DNA from: Candidatus Poribacteria bacterium
GTDB lineage: Bacteria; Poribacteria; WGA-4E; JAJDTR01
Assembly: GCA_965222225.1 (NCBI GenBank)
Contig: CBDCTK010000002.1
Location: forward strand, 3,904,001-3,968,000
DNA length: 64,000 nucleotides
Reading direction: 5' to 3'
Under the pieces are notes generated by a model. That model did not search any database. It had not been told where the DNA came from and worked only from the letters and a program-made list of their open reading frames with translations. Numbering within the stretch: the first letter of the stretch is position 1; every line of letters starts with the position of its first letter. The position numbers and the translations under genes are program-made. Positions 42,722 through 53,342 of this stretch are shown in pieces.

Positions 42722-43076
42722 CCGATGTGTGACGAATCGGTGTTGCTATCACTTTGAGAATCTCATCTTCAATTTGATGATGGTCTATCTCCTAGATTCA
42801 GATGCGTTTTCCCTTGGGATACAGACAGGGCAATCACACCTGATTCAGGAGATTTCTTCGTCCGCGATGAACACGGTTGCCAAATCTCCACAATTCTTTG
42901 AATGGTGCGACGGCATAAAGTTTCCCATATAACCAAAACCGGCTGTCAATAACCCTCGCCACGTCACGCACACGAAAAGGGTTGAATCGATTACGGCCGT
43001 GTGTTATGCTCTTAGAGGTACGAGTTGCCTTTACCTACGGCTCAACTGCTTAATGGCGAGAGATTGGTGGAATTGT

Positions 43077-43775
43077 ATGGCACACAAGCTATCGGTTGTT
43101 ATTCCAATATACAATGAAATCGCGACCTTGGAGGAGATTCTTACGCAAGTCAAAGCCGTTGACATCGGTATGGAGAAAGAGATCCTTCTCGTGGATGATT
43201 GTTCAACGGACGGCACCCGCGAAATACTCAAAAAGATTGAGCAATCGGACGATGAGCAGGTGCGCGTGTTCTACCACGCCGTTAATCGAGGCAAGGGCGC
43301 TACGCTGAGGACCGGCTTTCAACACGTTACCGGAGATATTACCATCATCCAAGATGCGGATTTGGAGTATGATCCGCAGGACTACCCCAAATTGATTCAG
43401 CCGATTTTGGATGAAGAAGCCGATGCCGTATACGGTTCCCGTTTCATGGCGTCTGCGCAACACTCTCTGCTCCGCAGTTTTATCGCCAATAAAGTCTTGA
43501 CCTACCTCTCCAATCTGTTTACCCAACTCAATCTTACCGATATGGAGACCTGCTACAAAGTCATCAAAACCTCTATTTTGAAGGAAATCCCGTTGCGCTC
43601 GGACCGATTCGGATTTGAACCGGAAATCACGGCAAAACTCGCTCGGCGGAAATGCCGCGTCGTCGAACTGCCGATTGCCTATCATGGACGCGATTACCAA
43701 GAGGGTAAATCCGTCAGTTGGAAAGATGGGCTTGCCGCTATCTTTCATATTATTCGCTTTCGATTCAAGGATTGA
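43077..43775 (+). CDS. GT2 glycosyltransferase (polyprenol-phosphate glycosyltransferase-like)
   Basis: VVIPIYNE, VDDCSTDGT, QDADLEYDP, TDMETCYK; start moved to MAHKL. Confidence 0.9.
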   Translation: MAHKLSVVIPIYNEIATLEEILTQVKAVDIGMEKEILLVDDCSTDGTREILKKIEQSDDEQVRVFYHAVNRGKGATLRTGFQHVTGDITIIQDADLEYDPQDYPKLIQPILDEEADAVYGSRFMASAQHSLLRSFIANKVLTYLSNLFTQLNLTDMETCYKVIKTSILKEIPLRSDRFGFEPEITAKLARRKCRVVELPIAYHGRDYQEGKSVSWKDGLAAIFHIIRFRFKD

Positions 43776-44000
43776 TTCCAAGGACAAAGTCGTGAGGTAA
43801 TAACCCGGCAAGTTTAGAGAATAAACTTCACATCTTGAGGGCAACATGGAACGGAATCTTCCACCTTCCGCTCTTCCACCCTTCCAATTCTATCCTTCCT
43901 CAACCGGTTTTTCTCGCGTTTGCCCCTGTTCTTGTATCGTTTTCCCAAAATCTCGGCTCAAACCTAACGACTGCCTTCAAGACTTGACGCTCCCCGCCCC

Positions 44001-45839
44001 ATGAGGAACTTTCAGGCGCTACTCCAAGAAATCGACCAGCTTCTTGAATCGCCCCCGAACACTCCCAAGCCATCTTCCACCCCGGAAGGCGACCAACCCG
44101 CGGACGCCGCAATCGAACAGGATGAACTGCTCGCCTCACTAACGCGACACTTCGGTCACACCGGCTTTCGAGCAACTCAACGGGAGATTATTGAAGCCAT
44201 TCTAAAGGGGGACAATGTACTCGCCGCTTTCCCGACCGGATATGGAAAATCCCTTTGCTATCAATTGCCCGCACTGATGTTGCCGGGGTTGACCGTCGTC
44301 GTGTCGCCCCTGATTTCATTGATGAAAGACCAAGTTGACGGATTAAAGCAGCGCGGCGTTCACGACGCGGCGCTGATAAATAGCAGCCTCAGGTTGGATG
44401 AATACCAGTGGGAATTTGGACGCCTGACGCGAGGGGAAGTCAAGCTGTTGTACATTGCACCGGAACGTCTTCGCAGCCGCCGCTTTCTGGATCTGCTGGA
44501 GTCGCTTTCAATCTCTCTATTCGTAATCGACGAAGCGCACTGTATCTCGCAGTGGGGACACGATTTTCGGCCCGCGTACTTGGGGCTGCGTGATGCGATT
44601 CAGGCGCTTCATCCGCGCACAGTCGCGCTGTTTACCGCTACGGCTACTCCCGAAGTTCGAGAGGATATTTTCAACGCATTGGGAATCGATGGTGAGACGT
44701 GCCGAAAGTTCTCGCGCAGCGTTCAACGCCCCAACCTAAAATTCAGTGTGTATGAGGCCGCCGACGATGCCAAAAAGTACGAATACCTTGAAACCTGCCT
44801 TCGACAGCTTGAAGGCAACGGAATCATTTATGCCGGTAGGCGCGGCGAGACCGAGAAAATCGCACGTCATCTGAGAACGCGAGGATATCAGGCTGATTTT
44901 TATCATGCCGGTCTGTCGACGACCGAGCGCAAGCAGGTGCAGGACCGGTTCTTCAACGACGGACAAGGCGGGGTGGACCTTGTTGTCGCGACAAACGCGT
45001 TTGGCATGGGAATCGACAAACCCAACATCCGCTATGTTATTCATTGGACAATGACGGGCGCTTTGGAGGCATATTATCAAGAAGCCGGACGCGCCGGGCG
45101 GGATGAGAAACCCTCTCACTGCGTGTTGCTGTACTGCCCCGACGACCGAGAACTCCATGAATGGTTCGTCAATCAGGAAAACGTCCTGAATAAGCCCGAT
45201 CTCGCGAAACTCCTCGAAATACTTGAAACGCTTCCCTCCGTGGAACACTTTCGCATGGGGACGGCGGAGGAACTGGGATGGTTGAGCGGTTTCAAGGAGG
45301 CGAAAATCCGAGTCGGAATCAGCTATCTCGAAAAACTCGGGTTTCTCAGGTGGCGGTACAATGTTCCCTCAAGCCTCAATGTACGCCTATCCTCGTCAAA
45401 TATCCGCACCGCAAATCTCGTCAACGAGCCGCAACGGGCAATTTTGCAGCAGTTGAAACGGAAATCTCCCATCCATTTTCTCGAGTTTTGTCGGGAATTC
45501 AGCTTGCTTCCGCACCCCCTCATGGAACAACTCATCGATTTTCAGAACGACGGATACCTGAGGTACTGGGGAGCGGAGGATTTACTGCTCATTGAGTTGT
45601 TTAAAGACAGCGATTTGCTGGCGGCAACCTCTGCGGACGAGCTAGGTTTTGCGGATTACCAAGAGCGCAGATACCGGCAGATTGATCAGGTTGAACGGTA
45701 CGCACGGGAAAAGAATTGTCGGGGGCGGTTGGTGCGCGAATATTTCGGCGAGCCGGTTGAGGTGGACTATCGTTGCGGCAGTTGCGACATGTGCGATTCG
45801 AGTATTCGTCTTGTGGAAAGCGAACCGCCGCAGCCGTGA
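44001..45839 (+). CDS. recQ: RecQ-family ATP-dependent DNA helicase
   Basis: PTGYGKSLCYQ, IDEAHCISQWGHDFRP, YYQEAGRAGRD, C-terminal Zn cysteines. Confidence 0.9.
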   Translation: MRNFQALLQEIDQLLESPPNTPKPSSTPEGDQPADAAIEQDELLASLTRHFGHTGFRATQREIIEAILKGDNVLAAFPTGYGKSLCYQLPALMLPGLTVVVSPLISLMKDQVDGLKQRGVHDAALINSSLRLDEYQWEFGRLTRGEVKLLYIAPERLRSRRFLDLLESLSISLFVIDEAHCISQWGHDFRPAYLGLRDAIQALHPRTVALFTATATPEVREDIFNALGIDGETCRKFSRSVQRPNLKFSVYEAADDAKKYEYLETCLRQLEGNGIIYAGRRGETEKIARHLRTRGYQADFYHAGLSTTERKQVQDRFFNDGQGGVDLVVATNAFGMGIDKPNIRYVIHWTMTGALEAYYQEAGRAGRDEKPSHCVLLYCPDDRELHEWFVNQENVLNKPDLAKLLEILETLPSVEHFRMGTAEELGWLSGFKEAKIRVGISYLEKLGFLRWRYNVPSSLNVRLSSSNIRTANLVNEPQRAILQQLKRKSPIHFLEFCREFSLLPHPLMEQLIDFQNDGYLRYWGAEDLLLIELFKDSDLLAATSADELGFADYQERRYRQIDQVERYAREKNCRGRLVREYFGEPVEVDYRCGSCDMCDSSIRLVESEPPQP

Positions 45840-46148
45840 ACTGGCACCAAATCTATTGGGACTTTTACAAATCTTTACATATTTTGGCGTTTTCACGATC
45901 CACGTGTCCCGTTTTCACCCTATTTACACGCCCAATCCGGGGCGAGGTTGAGGCGGCGCCCTCACACCCCAAAACTCCATTCGATTCCGCGGTCAGGGGA
46001 AACGCATCTGATTTTTGGTTGTTGATGGTGAGTGAAGAGTTGGAATGGAGTAATGAGCGGAAGGATGGAAGATGGGAAGGATGGGATGGTGATTTTGAAT
46101 AGAATTCGTACCGCAAACTGTTAGTTTGCGGAAAGCACAATCTAACAG

Positions 46149-46221
46149 ATCAAGCGAATGGCTAATGAGTGCGATAGTAAATCCTGATAGCAAGTCTTGA
46201 TAGCGATCCCATAGAAATCTT
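46149..46221 (+). mobile_element. Micro-element array at the left border of the putative cargo
   Basis: One left end and four right ends; 52 of 55 nt identical to 48476-48530. Confidence 0.85.
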
Positions 46222-46525
46222 CTCCCGATCGCGACCTCCTGTCACGAGCAAACTCGTTCCTACAGTAGGTTTGTCGTAACTGTCATCAAATCGCCCACCC
46301 CCATCCTTTTCATTTCGCGTCCAACTAGTCGTTCACTTGCGCGTAGACCGCAATATGTGTAAATGTGAATGCAAATGACTATAGATGCGTTCCTCCCGAT
46401 TCCCCTACCCTCAACGGTTGACACCATTGAAGAGCTGTGTTATTTTAGGAGACATGATTCGCAAACAATCCGAGCCATAGAAATCCGCGTCCGTAAGTGG
46501 CGACAATCCGGCGACGAATGAGAAC

Positions 46526-48076
46526 ATGAAAAACGAGGCTAAATCCCAAGAGCAACCCATTGATGAATTGCAGCGGCGCGTGGCGGAACTAGGGCAGGAC
46601 AAAGTCCAGTACCAGCGGCTAATGGCGCAGGTATTAGACGAATACGAGGAGTCGGTGACGGAGTATTTCGACATCTACTTCCACGCCCACGATATGGTTG
46701 TCTCTGTCGATACGGAGACGGAAAAAGTCCTCCAGTGCAATAGGGCCGTGATGGAAACATTGGATTACAGCAGAGCGGAGATTGTTGGAAATTCCATCTT
46801 TAAGTTGTATCATCAAGATTGTATCGAAGATGCAAAGGAACTGCTTCGTGTTATCACGGAGATCGGTGAAATACACGACGCCGAACAGACGTTGCGGAAA
46901 AGAGATGGGGGGAAAATCGATGTGAGTTTGAATGCCACAACCGTCCGCAACGAGAGTGGCAACCTAACTTCAGCGCAATTTGATTGGCGCGACATCACCC
47001 GCCGTGCGGTGGAAATCGGCGACTTGCGCTCCGAAAATCGCCAACTGAAGGAGCGTCTGAGTTCCGACAGACCCGAACGCCCCGAAGTGTTTTCCGACAT
47101 TGTCACCCAAGACCCGGCGATGTACTCAATTTTCCGACAAGTAGAATCCGTCGCAGTCACCGGGCAGTCCGTATTGATAACGGGGGAAACGGGCGTCGGC
47201 AAGGAGACAATTGCGGAGATAATCCACCAACTGAGCGGGCGATCGGGGGCGTTTATTCCGGTCACTATTGCGGGGTTTGACGACCACCTGTTTTCGGACA
47301 CGCTCTTTGGCCACAAAAAAGGGGCATTCACCGATGCGGATTCAATTCGCATGGGTTTGATTGAACAAGCGTCGGGCGGCACGCTATTCCTTGATGAGAT
47401 TGGCAACCTCGCCATGCAATCGCAAACTAAGCTCCTACGCTTTTTACAGGATGGAGAATACCGTCATCTGGGTGAAGACGCTCCCACTCAAAGCGACGTT
47501 AGGATTGTTGTGGCGACAAATCGGACAATTGAATCCCTGAAGGCGGATGAAAGATTCCGCGACGACCTCTACTTTCGCCTCCGAACCCATCATGTGAACC
47601 TGCCGCCGCTGTACGAGCGAAAGGGGGAGATTCCCATACTCGTATCGCATTTCTTCAAACGAGCCGCGGAGGCGCTTGGAAAGAAAATACCCGTCCCTCC
47701 ACCCGAACTCTTTACGTTGCTTGCAACCTACCACTTCCCCGGAAACATCAGAGAGCTTGAGGGGATGGTGCGTGATGCCGTTGGCAGACACAAAGGCGGC
47801 GTTCTCTCCACCGAATCTTCCCGGGAAGAGATTGACGAGCAAACTTTCGTTTCTCACGCGAACACCGTGACGGGAGTGGGGGAGGTTGGATTTGCCGAGG
47901 CATTGGCTAGCGCGCAAAAGTTGCCCCCGTTGAAAGAGATAGAGCCGCTGGTGATTGCCGAGGCCCTCAAGCGCGCCGATGGAAATCAGACTATCGCGGC
48001 TAGAATCTTGGGTATTTCAAGACAAGCGTTGCACAATCGGTTAAGCCGCCACCGAAAATTAACCTACGAAACCTGA
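46526..48076 (+). CDS. PAS-domain sigma54-dependent transcriptional activator (bEBP, Fis HTH)
   Basis: GETGVGKE, GAFTDA, FLDEIG, FPGNIREL, GNQTIAARILGISR. Confidence 0.93.
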   Translation: MKNEAKSQEQPIDELQRRVAELGQDKVQYQRLMAQVLDEYEESVTEYFDIYFHAHDMVVSVDTETEKVLQCNRAVMETLDYSRAEIVGNSIFKLYHQDCIEDAKELLRVITEIGEIHDAEQTLRKRDGGKIDVSLNATTVRNESGNLTSAQFDWRDITRRAVEIGDLRSENRQLKERLSSDRPERPEVFSDIVTQDPAMYSIFRQVESVAVTGQSVLITGETGVGKETIAEIIHQLSGRSGAFIPVTIAGFDDHLFSDTLFGHKKGAFTDADSIRMGLIEQASGGTLFLDEIGNLAMQSQTKLLRFLQDGEYRHLGEDAPTQSDVRIVVATNRTIESLKADERFRDDLYFRLRTHHVNLPPLYERKGEIPILVSHFFKRAAEALGKKIPVPPPELFTLLATYHFPGNIRELEGMVRDAVGRHKGGVLSTESSREEIDEQTFVSHANTVTGVGEVGFAEALASAQKLPPLKEIEPLVIAEALKRADGNQTIAARILGISRQALHNRLSRHRKLTYET

Positions 48077-48174
48077 AAAGTCGTTCAATTCTTTGCTTTC
48101 GCTTTCCAAGCCGTACAATCCCGCTTCGTACACCCGCCTCCTATCCCTAAAAAGGCGTGACACATTTTGAATTT

Positions 48175-48193
48175 TGTAAAGATTGTGTTTACA
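48175..48193. promoter_or_regulatory. Candidate bEBP upstream activator site
   Basis: Palindrome TGTAAA-N7-TTTACA about 200 bp upstream of the -24/-12 motif. Confidence 0.5.
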
Positions 48194-48386
48194 TCGCGAC
48201 AACTCTTGCGTGGTAAGGCTTCACGTTGCTTTCGAGCCGATTTTTGCGAATTGTGTACACAAAACGTTTCACACCTTTCAATCTCGCCACGGAATGCCAC
48301 CTTTCTCAACTAAAAAGCCCCTAAACTCCCACCGTACCTTGCTCCAGTGCCTCCATCAACGCCAAATTGATGTTTGTTTTCGGTTT

Positions 48387-48402
48387 TGGCATAGGGTTTG
48401 CT
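48387..48402 (+). promoter_or_regulatory. Sigma54 (-24/-12) promoter
   Basis: TGGCATAGGGTTTGCT with exact GG-N10-GC spacing, next to a bEBP gene. Confidence 0.7.
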
Positions 48403-48452
48403 CTAGTAATCAACGAAACTTGAGTCGATAGCCATTTCACAATAAGCGACCG

Positions 48453-48547
48453 ATCAACTGAATGGACAGTGGAGGATCAAGCGAATGGCTAATGAGTGCA
48501 ATTGTAAATCCTGATAGAAAGTCTTGATAGAACTCCCATAGAATCCC
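48453..48547 (+). mobile_element. Micro-element array at the right border of the putative cargo
   Basis: ATCAACTGAATGGACAGTGGAGG[ATCAAGCGAATGGCTAATGAG...]. Confidence 0.85.
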
Positions 48548-48641
48548 TTGTGCTACAAAGGTGGCAACTTAGCTCAATTATTTCCGCCAACGTGTACTAG
48601 TTACTTTACTTCTCATTTTATCCACAACCAAGGAGGGCAAA

Positions 48642-49577
48642 ATGCGATTCAAACTGACACCGAGATTTCTACTGTTTGCGGTGCTGTGCGTCAGTCTGAC
48701 GAGCGGGGAGCTGTGGTTAAGAGAAGCACTCGCCGCGCAGCAGTCACGGATTGTTTTTACATCCTTGAGAGATGGCAACAATGAAATCTATGTAATGGAT
48801 GCCGATGGAGGAAACCAAGAAAACCTGACAAACAATCCAGCGAATGACTTCGATCCGGATTGGTCTCCTGACGGGACGAAGATTGCATCCTCCTCCGCTA
48901 GAGGCGGTGACCGACGTCAAATTTATGTGATGGACGCCGATGGGCAAAAGATTGCATTCACCGTCCACCCAGATTTTAAAGAAGAGTGGCTAGATCGTAT
49001 CGCCGTGGTGGATGCTGATGGAAATAATCGTGGGAGGCATGAAGACCACGCGATGGATCCATCATGGTCTCCAGATCGGGGTGCGATTGCATTCGTATCT
49101 TGGAGAGATGTGGGCAATAGAGCTGGGGGTAATGAAATTTACGTGATAGGCGCTGACAGACAGGGGCTTAAAAGGGTGACGCACGATTTAGTGGGTCAAC
49201 ATAGCCCATCGTTTTCTCCCGACGGGGGACGGATTGCATACTATGCCTCGCACGAAGGATTCAATCACATCTATGTGGTGGGGGCGGATGGTAGAAATCG
49301 CAAGAGGCTTACGCACAATCAAAAGCATCATTCGCACCCCGCATGGTCTCCCGATGGAGGGGCGATTGCATATATGATCTCTAACGATATTTTTTTCGGC
49401 GGAGCAACGATTCACTTGATGACCGCCGATGGAAAATATCTTACGCAACTTGGCGATGTCCATGATGGGGAGGATTTTCAGCCCGACTTTAGCCCGGTAG
49501 GACTAGCTGTGTCCCCGACTTCCAAAACCGCCGCAACTTGGGGCAGGCTTAAGAAAAGTGCGTCGAACGTCCGATAG
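48642..49577 (+). CDS. Secreted TolB-like (PD40) beta-propeller protein with an internal deletion
   Basis: WSPDGxxIAF repeats; C-terminal LAVSPTSKTAATWGRLK. Confidence 0.85.
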   Translation: MRFKLTPRFLLFAVLCVSLTSGELWLREALAAQQSRIVFTSLRDGNNEIYVMDADGGNQENLTNNPANDFDPDWSPDGTKIASSSARGGDRRQIYVMDADGQKIAFTVHPDFKEEWLDRIAVVDADGNNRGRHEDHAMDPSWSPDRGAIAFVSWRDVGNRAGGNEIYVIGADRQGLKRVTHDLVGQHSPSFSPDGGRIAYYASHEGFNHIYVVGADGRNRKRLTHNQKHHSHPAWSPDGGAIAYMISNDIFFGGATIHLMTADGKYLTQLGDVHDGEDFQPDFSPVGLAVSPTSKTAATWGRLKKSASNVR

Positions 49578-49835
49578 TATGCAGGATAGCCTTTTGAACT
49601 ACGAATCCTGATAATGGGGCAATGCGAAGGGGCGGGTCATTGAAAACCTCGCCAGCGTCGAGAGTGTCACTTAATGGTTGGGATAGTGGAATACATCTGC
49701 CAACCCTATTTGTCTTAGACCTCGCTACTAAGGGGATTTTCCCCTGTATGAACGAGTACCCGGTCTTACAAGTCATTGCGCAGGATTTAGAGAATGTTCT
49801 ACAAATGAAGAACCCAAAAAAGGAGAATATGACCG

Positions 49836-50675
49836 GTGAATAAAATCAGCGCATTTTTGAGAAGATGCCTATTTCTACTGCTATTGGCGTTAATGGTTAC
49901 GTCACACGGCACAGCGCAGAGGTTCGAACCTAGAATCGTCTTTGCATCAAACCACGATGGCAACTGGAATGGCAACTGGGACATCTATTCTATGGACGTA
50001 CACGGCAACAATCTTGTCCAACTCGCCAACCACCCGGCATCTGATAATAATCCTGCCGGCTCGCCGAACGGGCGAAGGATAGCGTTCGCATCGCGACGTG
50101 GCCTTACGCCTGACCTGTATGTGATGGACAGCGACGGCAATAACGTGGTAAGACTCACCCAGGACAATTTTGATGAAGGCCGCTCTAGTTGGTCGCCGGA
50201 TGGCACGAAGATTGCCTTTACATCATTCTGTAAACTCAACTGCGACATCTTCACTGTGGACGCCAATGGAGCCAATCGGACAAGGTTGACAGAACACGAG
50301 ATGAAGGATGTCAAGCCGAGTTGGTCGCCAGATGGACGCAAGATTGCTTTCCAGTCGCAGCGCGTCTTCGAGGGTCATGACATTTACGTGATCACTGATG
50401 AAGGGAAAAATTTAAAGCAACTTACGGTAGAGGGTACTAACAGGATGCCGGCCTATTCGCCGGATGGTACAAAAATCGCCTTTGCGTCAAGCCGTGACGG
50501 AGATTTTAATATTTACTTGATGGACACCAACGGGATGAACGTTGTCAAACTCACGGCAAGCCCTCCCGGTACCGAGAACATATCTCCTTCCTGGTTGCCT
50601 AGCCCATTGGCAGTCAACCCAAACGGAAAGTTGCCGACATCTTGGGGAGTTCTCAAACTGACCGACAACCAATGA
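49836..50675 (+). CDS. Secreted TolB-like beta-propeller protein
   Basis: PD40 repeats; C-terminal LAVNPNGKLPTSWGVLK. Confidence 0.88.
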   Translation: MNKISAFLRRCLFLLLLALMVTSHGTAQRFEPRIVFASNHDGNWNGNWDIYSMDVHGNNLVQLANHPASDNNPAGSPNGRRIAFASRRGLTPDLYVMDSDGNNVVRLTQDNFDEGRSSWSPDGTKIAFTSFCKLNCDIFTVDANGANRTRLTEHEMKDVKPSWSPDGRKIAFQSQRVFEGHDIYVITDEGKNLKQLTVEGTNRMPAYSPDGTKIAFASSRDGDFNIYLMDTNGMNVVKLTASPPGTENISPSWLPSPLAVNPNGKLPTSWGVLKLTDNQ

Positions 50676-50838
50676 CGATGTCAATGAAATCGACGCGTTC
50701 ACCACAATTCAAACCGTGGAATGTATGCCCGAGAACCGAATTGTTTTGTACCAGAACCAGTAATTATTTGTACACTGCGGTAGGTTCGGTATCCTAACCG
50801 AACCTGTATTTATCCAGTCTCATAGGTGCGGTTGAAAA

Positions 50839-50954
50839 GAGATTTCTATCAGGATCTGCTATCGGGATTAGCTATCGCGGTCGCTATCCGCTCCCTTGAT
50901 CTCCTTATACAGTCGCTTGATCACAGTAGATCGCTCGTTGTCCACTCGTTTGAT
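50839..50954 (-). mobile_element. Nested micro-element array on the minus strand
   Basis: Four left ends and three right ends; innermost copy ATCAAGGGAGCGGATAGCGACCGCGATAGCTAATCCC. Confidence 0.85.
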
Positions 50955-51178
50955 CGCTCCTACAAAAGATCTTCCGTAATAGCTTGCAATCACTAGATTG
51001 ACAAAAAGTATGTGTGAATATGATTCCAAAAGATGATTGACGAAGGGGTAGGTCATTGAAAACTTCACCGCGCTAAAGCCGTCACTATGTCGTCGGGAGC
51101 GCGATCTAACGGTATTCGTGCACCCGCTCAAAGCGACGTACTTTGCCGCTCATTTTACGTTCAACTTAGGAGGAGAAA

Positions 51179-52171
51179 ATGCGATTCAAGCTGATACCTA
51201 GATTTCTGCTAATGGCGGGGCTATGCGTCTGGCTGGCGAGCGGGGAACTGTGGTTAAGACATGGACTCGCCGCACAGAAGTCGCGGATTGTTTTTGCAAC
51301 CGTGAGATTCGACAACTATGAAATCTATGTAATGGACGCCGATGGAGGAAACCAAGAAAACTTGACAAACCATCCTGTGGACGACATGGATCCGGATTGG
51401 TCGCCTGACGGGACGAAGATTGCATTCGTTTCCAACCGAAACGACGGCGTATATCAGGTCTACGTAATGGACGCCGATGGAACGAACCAGATTAGACTGA
51501 CATATGGACCACGGCGGAAGTCCCATCCAGACTGGTCTCCCGATGGGCAAAAGATTGCATTCACCGTCTACCCAGATCACATCGAAGATGAAGAGCGGGT
51601 ACCTCATATCGCCGTGATGGATTCTAATGGAAATAATCGTAAGAGGCATGAAGACCAGGCGAGTGAACCATCATGGTCTCCGGATGGACATCAGATTGCA
51701 TTCGTGTCGTGGAGGGATGATAACAATGGAATTTACATGATAGGCGCTGACGGACAGGGGCTTAAACAGGTCACTCCCGATTTATTGGGTGGACACAACC
51801 CATCGTTTGCCCCCGACGGAGGACGAATTGCACACTATGAGTAGCACGACGGATTCAGGCACATCTATGTGGTGGACACTGATGGTAAGAATCTCAAGAG
51901 GCTTACGCGCAATCAAGGGCATCATTCGCATCCCACGTGGTCTCCCGATGGACAGATGATTGCATATGTGGTCTATAAAGATCTTTGGTTCAAAGACGCA
52001 AAGATTCACTTGATGACCGCAGACGGAAAATATCTGAAGCAACTTAGCGATGTTCATGATGGGTTCGATTACCAGCCCGACTTTAGCCCGCTAGGACTAG
52101 CTGTGTCCCCCACTTCCAACACAGCCACACTTTGGGGTAGGGTGAAGACACTCACGCCCAACCACCGATAA
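51179..52171 (+). pseudogene. TolB-like paralog with an in-frame TAG at 51842-51844
   Basis: The frame continues past the TAG; paralogs have TCG or GAG at this codon. Confidence 0.8.
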
Positions 52172-52356
52172 GCTGCGTGGCGACCACATGAACTACGAAT
52201 CTTGGTGATGGGGCAATACGACAAGGTGGGTCATCGAACACCTTACTAGCGCGAGGTCGTCATGAAATGGTTGGGAGTGCGTCCAAACAGTACCCGCGTA
52301 CCCGCTCAATGCGAGTTACTTTACTTCTCATTTTATCTACAACTAAGGAGGAAAAA

Positions 52357-53342
52357 ATGCAGTTCAGGCGCACACTTGTGTCGTTTATCGGGTTAACCGT
52401 GATGCTGTTAAGTGGGGAACTGTGGTTAAGACATGGACTCGCCACACAGAAGTCGCGGATAGTTTTTGCAACCGTGAGATTCGACAACTATGAAATCTAT
52501 GTAATGGACGCCGATGGAAAAAACCAAGAAAACTTGACAAACCATCCTGTGGATGACAACGATCCGGATTGGTCGCCCGACGGGACGAAGATTGCATTCG
52601 TTTCCAATCGAAACTTCGGCGTTGACCAAATCTATGTGATGGATGCCGATGGAAAAAACCAGATTAGACTGACGTATGGACCTCGGCGGAAGCAAGATCC
52701 AGATTGGTCTCCCGATGGGCAAAAGATTGCGTTCACCGTCCATGCAGATTGGAAAGACGATTGGTTTCCTCATATCGCCGTTATGGATGCTGGCGGACAG
52801 AATCGTGAGAGTTTTGAAAACCACGCGATGCAGCCGTCATGGTCTCCCGATGGGCAAAAGATTGCCTTCGTATCTTGGAGAGATGAGAACAATGAAATTT
52901 ACATGATAGGCGCTGACGGACAGGGGCTTGAAAGGGTGACGCACGATTTCCCGAGCCAACAAAACCCATCGTTTTCTCCCGATGGACGACGGATAGCATA
53001 CGATACGGAGCACGAAGGATTCGGTCACATCTTTGTGGTGGGGCGGATGGTGAAAATCCCATGAGACTTACGCACAATCAAGAGCATCATTTTCACCCCA
53101 CGTGGTCTCCTGATGGAAAGACGACTGCATATGCGAGCTCTAATAACAATAGAAATTTTTTCCTCGACGCAAAGATTCACTTGATGACCGCAGACGGAAA
53201 ACATCTTAAGCAACTTAGCGATGTTCATGATGGGTTCGATTTTCAAGCCGACTTTAGCCCGGTAGGACTAGCTGTGTCCCCCACTTCCAACAAAACCACA
53301 ACCTGGGGTAGGCTGAAGAAACTCGAGCTCAACCACCGTTAG
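52357..53342 (+). pseudogene. TolB-like paralog with a -1 frameshift in a G run near 53040
   Basis: GTGGTGGGGCGGATG versus GTGGTGGGGGCGGATG in the first paralog. Confidence 0.8.

Noticed and set aside
33916-51844. Amber recoding or pyrrolysine, suggested by four in-frame TAG codons (33916, 35938, ~36583, 51842)
   Set aside because: TAG terminates intact genes here (argC, lpxK, radical SAM). The codons are one substitution from GAG, CAG or TCG, and three lie in genes that also have frameshifts.
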